DNA of 23,584 nucleotides from a virus: UHGV virus genome UHGV-1336742; one strand, 5' to 3'. Shown piece by piece: positions 17,538 to 23,584 of this stretch (position 1 is its first letter; each line of letters starts with the position of its first letter). The notes under the pieces were generated by a model. It saw only the letters and a program-made list of their open reading frames with translations, ran no database searches and was not told where the DNA came from. The position numbers and the translations under genes were made by a program.

Positions 17538-17961
17538 GCCCTTATCCTAATTAATAGTATTTTTCCCTCTTTATAGCTAATTAAGATAAATGTTGCAAAG
17601 TAATATTGCACATGAAACTTGAGTTAGTAATCCTTTTGACTAGATGGTTTGACCTGCGCCCTATAGATAAACACACTACGCTGTTAGCAACGTTCGCTTC
17701 TGGCACAAAGCAGGCACCACACTAGTTCTTCCCTGTACCATAAAAATGTCAATTCACATATGAACAAATGCTATTTAATCTAAAAATGTCTATAAATACC
17801 GTGTAATTCACTGATAAAATGCCAATATTCACTGAATAACTTCACTCCTCCGGTACTCGCGACAGATTATGTTTAGGTGACTGTCGTAGCGACGTATTTC
17901 TCCGTCAGGTAATGACCAGATAAGGTCCGGATCAACCACAGCGGGTTTCTTCACCTTCGCC

Positions 17962-18150
17962 CTAGAGAGTTTTTTGCGGGCATTTTGCCAGTCCTTTGGT
18001 GCCTGTTGAGACGGGAATAACGCGTAGACGCATCGCGCGACCTTCAGGAACCAGCTCTTGCCATTGAGAAACAGCAGATGGATCAACGCCAGCAGCTTTC
18101 GCTACTTTGGCTTTCGTACCGTAAAAATTAATTACGTCTGATTTAAACAT
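17962..18150 (-). CDS. Cro-like small DNA-binding protein (DicC-like by position) of the immunity switch
   Basis: MFKSDVINFYGTKAKVAKAAGVDPSAVSQWQELVPEGRAMRLRVIP... is HTH-like; GGAGG Shine-Dalgarno 4 nt before ATG at 18150; divergent from the dicA-like gene. C-terminus uncertain (overlapping ORF 17829..18086 in another frame). Confidence 0.55.
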   Translation of the reverse strand: MFKSDVINFYGTKAKVAKAAGVDPSAVSQWQELVPEGRAMRLRVIPVSTGTKGLAKCPQKTL

Positions 18151-18227
18151 CGCACCTCCAATATTGAGTTTTCTCAATGCTAATCACTCAAGGAATCTCA
18201 AGTCAAGGGTTATTAAGATATCTAAAT
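18151..18227. promoter_or_regulatory. Divergent promoter/operator region of the immunity switch
   Basis: 77-bp intergenic region with palindrome TTGAG-TTTT-CTCAA at 18164-18177 and repeated CTCAAG motifs at 18185-18208. Confidence 0.5.
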
Positions 18228-18635
18228 ATGAACGAGAAAACTTTAGGTCAACGCATTAGAGAAAGACGTAAGCAGGTAGGCTTAAGTCAAAACGGTTTAA
18301 GCAAAGCTGCTGGCGTATCTGGCTCATCAATTTCATTATGGGAAAGTGACCATACAGCCCCGCGCGGGCAAAATTTGCATCGCCTTGCCGAGGTATTGCA
18401 ATGTTCACCAACCTGGATACTGTTTGGCGACGAGGACAAAACACCAGCTCCCCCTGTTTCACTCGATAGTGCCTTAGACTTATCGGAAGATGAGTTAGAG
18501 ATGCTGCGTTTGTATCGCGCACTTCCTAAATCGGAGCAACAAGCACAACTCAGCGAACTCCGCGCCCGCGTTGAGAATTTTAATCGCCTGTTCACCGAGC
18601 TATTAGAGGCTCGCAAACGCAACAAGCATCAATAA
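18228..18635 (+). CDS. dicA: DicA-type XRE-family repressor (CI-like), 135 aa
   Basis: MNEKTLGQRIRERRKQVGLSQ...LHRLAEVLQCSPTWILFGDEDK...RARVENFNRLFTELLEARKRNKHQ closely parallels DicA as I recall it (…LSKVLQCSPTWILFGDEDK…). Confidence 0.85.
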   Translation: MNEKTLGQRIRERRKQVGLSQNGLSKAAGVSGSSISLWESDHTAPRGQNLHRLAEVLQCSPTWILFGDEDKTPAPPVSLDSALDLSEDELEMLRLYRALPKSEQQAQLSELRARVENFNRLFTELLEARKRNKHQ

Positions 18636-18827
18636 TCATCCCTTCACAAAATTTTAAAGCCTTACATTTCAATGTATTGGCTTTATCTTGCGCCAATACT
18701 TGAGTTTTCTCATCAAAAAACCTTGACGAAAAATAATGAGAAAACTAAATTACCTCCATCAAGACACCGCACGGTGTTCTCAGCAAACAGTTCCGCTACC
18801 CCGGCGTTAAGGGGAAATGAGGTCAGC

Positions 18828-18983
18828 ATGGATACTATCGATCTTGGCAACAGCGAATCTCTGGTATGTGGCGTGTTCCCCAACCAGGACGGCACGTTCA
18901 CCGCGATGACGTATACCAAAAGCAAAACGTTTAAAACCGAAAATGGTGCCCGTCGCTGGCTGGAAAGAAACTCAGGTGAGTGA
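18828..18983 (+). CDS. ydfA: YdfA-like small protein (51 aa)
   Basis: MDTIDLGNSESLVCGVFPNQDGTFTAMTYTKSKTFKTENGARRWLERNSGE from the internal Met of the track ORF; position as in the Qin ydfABC-dicF operon. Confidence 0.55.
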   Translation: MDTIDLGNSESLVCGVFPNQDGTFTAMTYTKSKTFKTENGARRWLERNSGE

Positions 18984-18984
18984 T

Positions 18985-19560
18985 ATGGATTTCGACACAA
19001 TCATGGAAAAGGCTTACGAAGAATACTTCGAAGGCCTTGCCGAAGGCGAAGAAGCTCTCAGCTTCAGTGAGTTTAAACAGGCACTCAGAATAAGAATGTG
19101 CTCTCACAATGACGCGGAGCACAAATATGAGAAGCAAAATCAGACCGCAGAAAATTTTGTTCTGGAACCCGGAGAAACGCTTTTCAAAATTCCCGTTACG
19201 TGCCCCATTTGCGGTTTTACATCAGAAGAACTTGACGACTCCTGTAACAATCAGGAAACAACCAAGTATGTCGAAGATGATACCGAGTGCGCACGAAGAA
19301 CGATTATATCCACGAGTCCAAACTCCAGGACCAATAAATCTCACCTTGAGAGGGTGATTAATCCACTCCCCCAAACCAATAAAAAAGATGCCGGAGGACA
19401 AAAAACCCAATGGAACAACGGGATATCTGTCAAAAAAAGACGTTCAATTAAAGACAAACAACGCAGCGCCAACAACTGTAAGCGCTTTATACCAGTAATC
19501 AATTTTCATGTTCTTAAGCGGATTTATTGGTGGTTGCGACATTGCTTAATGAATCCTTAA
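18985..19560 (+). CDS. Hypothetical protein (191 aa), acidic N-terminus and CPICG motif; possibly YdfB/YdfC-related
   Basis: Begins 2 nt after the ydfA-like stop: MDFDTIMEKAYEEYFEGLAEGEEALSFSEFKQ...VTCPICGFTSEELDDSCNNQ...; extent uncertain, alternative overlapping ORF 19109..19357 exists. Confidence 0.4.
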   Translation: MDFDTIMEKAYEEYFEGLAEGEEALSFSEFKQALRIRMCSHNDAEHKYEKQNQTAENFVLEPGETLFKIPVTCPICGFTSEELDDSCNNQETTKYVEDDTECARRTIISTSPNSRTNKSHLERVINPLPQTNKKDAGGQKTQWNNGISVKKRRSIKDKQRSANNCKRFIPVINFHVLKRIYWWLRHCLMNP

Positions 19561-19819
19561 AACTGTGGTGATTTTAAGGATACCACCTCGCCTGACGTGG
19601 TTAAAAGCAGGCACACAACACGAAAGCGCACGGCGAAGTTCGTCTCACTGTACGGTGTCGTTAAATTTAATTCGACCGTGCGCTTCCGGTTGTGGCAGCC
19701 CGCAAAATGGCGCGGCGGTAAGTATGGCGGGGTTATTCCTTCCCCGTTGAGGACACCGAGTTGTCAGGTTGACCATACGCTTAAGTGACAACCCCGCTGC
19801 AACGCCCTCTGTTATCAAT

Positions 19820-19877
19820 TTTCTGGTGGTGTTTGGCGGTATCAGTTTTACTCCGTGACTGCTCTGCCGCCGTTTTT
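19820..19877 (+). ncRNA. dicF: DicF small regulatory RNA with intrinsic terminator
   Basis: TTTCTGGTGGTGTTTGGCGGTATCAGTTTTACTCCGTGACTGCTCTGCCGCCG followed by TTTTT closely matches DicF as I recall it (UUUCUGGUGACGUUUGGCGGUAUCAGUUUUACUCCGUGACUGCUCUGCCGCC), with a GGCGG/CCGCC stem and U-tail. Confidence 0.7.
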
Positions 19878-19941
19878 AAAGTGAATTTTGTGATGCGGTG
19901 AATGCGGCTAAGCGCACGCGGAACAGTTAAAACCAAAAACA

Positions 19942-21945
19942 GTGTTATGGGTGGATTCTCTGTATCCGGAGCTTAAGTTGCACGCCATTGGGTGGGTTAA
20001 GCATAAATGTATTCCTGGTGCTAAATGGCCCGAAATTCAGGCAGAGATGCGCATCTGGAAAAAACGTCGCGAAGGTGAACGCAAGGAAACCGGAAAATAC
20101 ACGTCTGTTGTTGATCTCGCCCGCGCCAGAGCCAATCAACAGTACACTGAAAATTCAACAGGAAAAATCAGCCCGGTCATTGCTGCCATTCATCGCGAAT
20201 ACAAGCAGACATGGAAAACACTGGATGACGAACTGGCCTACGCTCTCTGGCCTGGTGATGTGGATGCCGGAAACATTGACGGCAGCATCCATCGCTGGGC
20301 AAAAAAAGAAGTTATCGACAACGACCGCGAAGACTGGAAGCGTATCTCGGCATCAATGCGCAAACAGCCTGATGCCCTTCGCTACGACCGCCAGACTATT
20401 TTTGGCCTTGTCCGTGAGCGTCCGATCGACATTCACAAAGATCCCGTAGCACTGAACAAATATATCTGCGAATACCTGACGACAAAGGGCGTGTTTGAGA
20501 ATGAAGAAACAGACCTGGGCACTGTTGATGTTCTCCAGTCATCAGAAACACAAACTGATGCAGTGGAAACTGAGGTATCTGATATCCAAAAAAATGAAAC
20601 CGCGCCGGAAGCTGAACCATCTGTAGAGCGTGAGGGGCCGTTCTATTTCCTCTTCGCAGATAAGGACGGAGAAAAATACGGTCGCGCAAACAAACTTTCT
20701 GGTCTGGATAAGGCACTGGCTGCTGGCGCCACTGAAATCACAAAAGAAGAATATTTTGCCCGAAAAAATGGCACATACACGGGCTTACCGCAAAATGTAG
20801 ATACCGCTGAAGATTCAGAACAACCAGAGCCGATAAAAGTTACCGCTGACGAAGTAAACAAAATTATGCAGGCAGCCAATATCAGCCAGCCTGACGCCGA
20901 TAAGTTGCTTGCTGCATCACGTGGTGAATTTGTTGAAGGGATTAGTGACCCGAATGATCCGAAATGGGTTAAGGGGATCCAGACCCGCGATTCTGTGAAC
21001 CAGAACCAGCATGAATCGGAACGGAACTACCAAAAAGCGGAACAAAACAGTCCAAATGCGTTACAAAACGAGCCAGAAACGAAACAGCTTGAACCAGTGG
21101 CGCAACAGGAAGTGGAAAAAGCCTGCACCGCCTGCGGTCAGACCGGCGGCGGCAACTGCCCTGATTGTGGCGCGGTGATGGGCGACGCAACATACCAAGA
21201 AACATTCGATGAAGAGTATCAGGTTGAAGTTCAGGAAGATGATCCGGAGGAAATGGAAGGCGCTGAACATCCACACAAGGAGAACACTGGCGGCAATCAG
21301 CATCACAATAGCGATAATGAAACTGGCGAGACGGCAGATCACCCAATTAAGGTGAACGGTCATCGCGAAATCACATCCACCAGCAGGACGTGTGACCATC
21401 TAATGATCGACCTTGAAACCATGGGAAAAAATCCTGATGCCCCGATCATCTCAATAGGTGCAATATTTTTCGATCCGCAAACCGGAGATATGGGACCAGA
21501 ATTTAGTAAGACTATCGATCTGGAAACTGCTGGCGGAGTCATTGATCGGGACACCATTAAATGGTGGCTTAAGCAATCACGCGAAGCGCAATCTGCCATT
21601 ATGACCGATGAAATCCCGTTAGATGATGCACTGTTACAATTGCGGGAATTTATCGACGAAAACTCCGGTGAATTTTTTGTTCAGGTTTGGGGAAATGGAG
21701 CCAACTTCGACAACACGATTTTGCGCCGTTCATACGAACGGCAGGGGATCCCCTGCCCGTGGCGTTACTACAACGATCGCGATGTACGCACAATCGTTGA
21801 GCTGGGGAAAGCCATAGACTTCGATGCCAGAACGGCTATTCCATTCGAAGGTGAGCGCCATAATGCACTTGATGACGCCCGTTACCAGGCAAAATACGTT
21901 TCAGTTATCTGGCAAAAACTGATCCCGAGTCAGGCTGATTCTTAA
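19942..21945 (+). CDS. 667-aa protein with C-terminal DEDDh (DnaQ-like) 3'-5' exonuclease domain, acidic low-complexity linker and CxxC...CxxC zinc ribbon
   Basis: Exo motifs HLMIDLETMG, VWGNGANFDNTILRR and HNALDDARYQAKY; zinc ribbon CTACGQTGGGNCPDCG; linker rich in E/D/Q/T. Frame opens after TAA at 19909-19911; first start is GTG at 19942, first in-frame ATG about 35 codons later. Confidence 0.8.
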   Translation: MLWVDSLYPELKLHAIGWVKHKCIPGAKWPEIQAEMRIWKKRREGERKETGKYTSVVDLARARANQQYTENSTGKISPVIAAIHREYKQTWKTLDDELAYALWPGDVDAGNIDGSIHRWAKKEVIDNDREDWKRISASMRKQPDALRYDRQTIFGLVRERPIDIHKDPVALNKYICEYLTTKGVFENEETDLGTVDVLQSSETQTDAVETEVSDIQKNETAPEAEPSVEREGPFYFLFADKDGEKYGRANKLSGLDKALAAGATEITKEEYFARKNGTYTGLPQNVDTAEDSEQPEPIKVTADEVNKIMQAANISQPDADKLLAASRGEFVEGISDPNDPKWVKGIQTRDSVNQNQHESERNYQKAEQNSPNALQNEPETKQLEPVAQQEVEKACTACGQTGGGNCPDCGAVMGDATYQETFDEEYQVEVQEDDPEEMEGAEHPHKENTGGNQHHNSDNETGETADHPIKVNGHREITSTSRTCDHLMIDLETMGKNPDAPIISIGAIFFDPQTGDMGPEFSKTIDLETAGGVIDRDTIKWWLKQSREAQSAIMTDEIPLDDALLQLREFIDENSGEFFVQVWGNGANFDNTILRRSYERQGIPCPWRYYNDRDVRTIVELGKAIDFDARTAIPFEGERHNALDDARYQAKYVSVIWQKLIPSQADS

Positions 21946-22017
21946 TGTTCAACTGTCGCCGGTTGTGACTGGTATTCTGCAACCGGCGCTCGTCTGATGT
22001 AAGAGATAAAGAAATCG

Positions 22018-22269
22018 ATGAGCGAAGTAATCATGATTGTCTCTCCCGGCAAATGGGTATCCGAAGAGCAGTTAATTGCGCTGAAAGGAATAAAAAAAGG
22101 TACGTTAAAAAAGGCCCGGGAAAAATCGTTTATGGAAGGAAGGGAATATAAGCATGTCGCTCATGACGGTATGCCATGGGATAACAGTCCATGCTTTTAC
22201 AACCTGGAAGAAATTGATCGCTGGATTGAGCGCCAGGCATCAGCGAGACCAAGACGTCATCTTACTTGA
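22018..22269 (+). CDS. Excisionase-like protein (Xis)
   Basis: Small basic protein immediately upstream of the integrase (MSEVIMIVSPGKWVSEEQLIALKGIKKGTLKKAREK...); start could be 22018 or 22033. Confidence 0.55.
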   Translation: MSEVIMIVSPGKWVSEEQLIALKGIKKGTLKKAREKSFMEGREYKHVAHDGMPWDNSPCFYNLEEIDRWIERQASARPRRHLT

Positions 22270-22303
22270 CTAAAAGCCACACTAACTAATGAGAGAAGTT
22301 GAA

Positions 22304-23584
22304 ATGAAATATCCGACAGGCGTGGAAAACCATGGAGGGAAATTACGTATCTGGTTTGTTTATAAAGGCGTAAGAGTCAGGGAAAATCTGGGGGTTCCTG
22401 ACACAGCAAAAAACAGGCGCGTTGCAGGTGAACTACGCTCCTCTGTTTGTTACGCAATAAAAACTGGTGTTTTCGACTATGCAAAACAGTTTCCCTCCTC
22501 ACGCAATCTGGAAAAATTTGGTGAGGCCCGACAAGATTTAACCATAAAAGAACTGGCTGAAAAATTTTTGGCACTGAAAGAAACTGAAGTCGCCAAAACA
22601 TCACTCAACACATACCGTGCCGTCATCAAAAATATCCTGAGCATAATCGGTGAAAAAAATCTTGCCTCATCGATTAATAAAGAAAAATTACTGGAGGTTC
22701 GTAAAGAGCTACTGACTGGATACCAGATCCCCAAAAGTAACTATATTGTTACACAACCAGGGAGATCGGCTGTAACTGTAAATAATTACATGACAAATCT
22801 TAACGCCGTGTTCCAGTTTGGTGTTGATAACGGTTACCTGGCAGATAATCCGTTTAAGGGGATCTCGCCATTAAAGGAATCAAGAACCATTCCGGATCCT
22901 CTTTCGCGGGAGGAATTCATCCGTCTTATCGATGCGTGCAGAAATCAGCAAGCCAAAAATTTATGGTGTGTTTCTGTTTATACTGGCGTTCGCCCTGGTG
23001 AGCTGTGTGCACTTGGATGGGAGGACATAGATCTGAAAAATGGAACAATGATGATCAGGAGAAATTTAGCAAAAGACCGTTTCACGGTACCAAAAACACA
23101 GGCGGGAACCAATCGGGTCATTCATCTTATTAAGCCAGCAATCGACGCTCTCCGGAGTCAGATGACATTAACGAGACTGAGCAAAGAGCATATCATTGAT
23201 GTTCACCTCAGAGAGTATGGCAGAACAGAAAAACATAAATGCACCTTTGTTTTTCAACCTGAAGTGTCAGCGAGAGTAAAAAATTATGGTGACCATTTTA
23301 CCGTTGACTCAATAAGGCAGATGTGGGACGCAGCTATAAAACGTGCCGGACTCCGCCATCGAAAATCATATCAGTCGAGACATACTTATGCCTGCTGGTC
23401 GCTGACAGCTGGTGCTAACCCGGCATTTATAGCAAACCAGATGGGCCATGCAGATGCGCAAATGGTATTTCAGGTATACGGAAAATGGATGTCTGAAAAC
23501 AATAATGCACAGGTAGCTTTGTTAAATACACAGTTAAGCGAGTTTGCCCCAACCATGCCCCATAACGAAGCAATGAAAAATTAA
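22304..23584 (+). CDS. Lambda-family tyrosine integrase, intact; stop codon is the last triplet of the window
   Basis: Catalytic motifs SRHTYACWSL and LGHADAQMVFQVYGKW (HxxR and terminal Tyr); start at 22304 (MKYPTG...) has a purine-rich upstream stretch. Confidence 0.85.
   Translation: MKYPTGVENHGGKLRIWFVYKGVRVRENLGVPDTAKNRRVAGELRSSVCYAIKTGVFDYAKQFPSSRNLEKFGEARQDLTIKELAEKFLALKETEVAKTSLNTYRAVIKNILSIIGEKNLASSINKEKLLEVRKELLTGYQIPKSNYIVTQPGRSAVTVNNYMTNLNAVFQFGVDNGYLADNPFKGISPLKESRTIPDPLSREEFIRLIDACRNQQAKNLWCVSVYTGVRPGELCALGWEDIDLKNGTMMIRRNLAKDRFTVPKTQAGTNRVIHLIKPAIDALRSQMTLTRLSKEHIIDVHLREYGRTEKHKCTFVFQPEVSARVKNYGDHFTVDSIRQMWDAAIKRAGLRHRKSYQSRHTYACWSLTAGANPAFIANQMGHADAQMVFQVYGKWMSENNNAQVALLNTQLSEFAPTMPHNEAMKN

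Noticed and set aside
19109-19357. 82-aa alternative-frame ORF within the ydfB/ydfC-like region
   Set aside because: Overlaps the longer ORF that begins right after the ydfA-like stop; basic low-complexity translation. Kept only as a caveat on that gene's extent.

Overview
This window reads as a nearly complete Qin-type (phage 21/82-like) cryptic lambdoid prophage of an Escherichia/Shigella-type genome. All calls rest on reading the translations and sequence by eye; no searches were run. Minus-strand genes run from a truncated side tail fibre fragment at the left edge, through a nested P4-type integrase/AlpA/Bro-N module, a truncated terminase large subunit, Nu1-like small terminase and a candidate cos region, small moron genes (ynfO-, gnsB-, ynfN-like, cspI), a phage-21-type lysis cassette (pinholin, ydfR-like, SAR endolysin, Rz with embedded Rz1), cspB, a frameshifted cspF remnant, antiterminator Q, ydfU (DUF968) and hokD. 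Where K-12 Qin carries relBE, this locus instead carries an AT-rich 545-aa protein with a clear dCMP-deaminase zinc motif; I rate this the best candidate for a nucleotide-depletion anti-phage defence gene. On the plus strand follow the dicA/Cro-like immunity switch, ydfA-like genes, DicF sRNA (dicB apparently absent), a 667-aa DEDDh exonuclease fusion and an intact xis-int pair ending exactly at the window edge. A second cargo candidate is an Arc-like RHH regulator with perfect palindromic operators plus an AT-rich three-TM membrane protein, next to a tightly packed operon of four unrecognised small ORFs.
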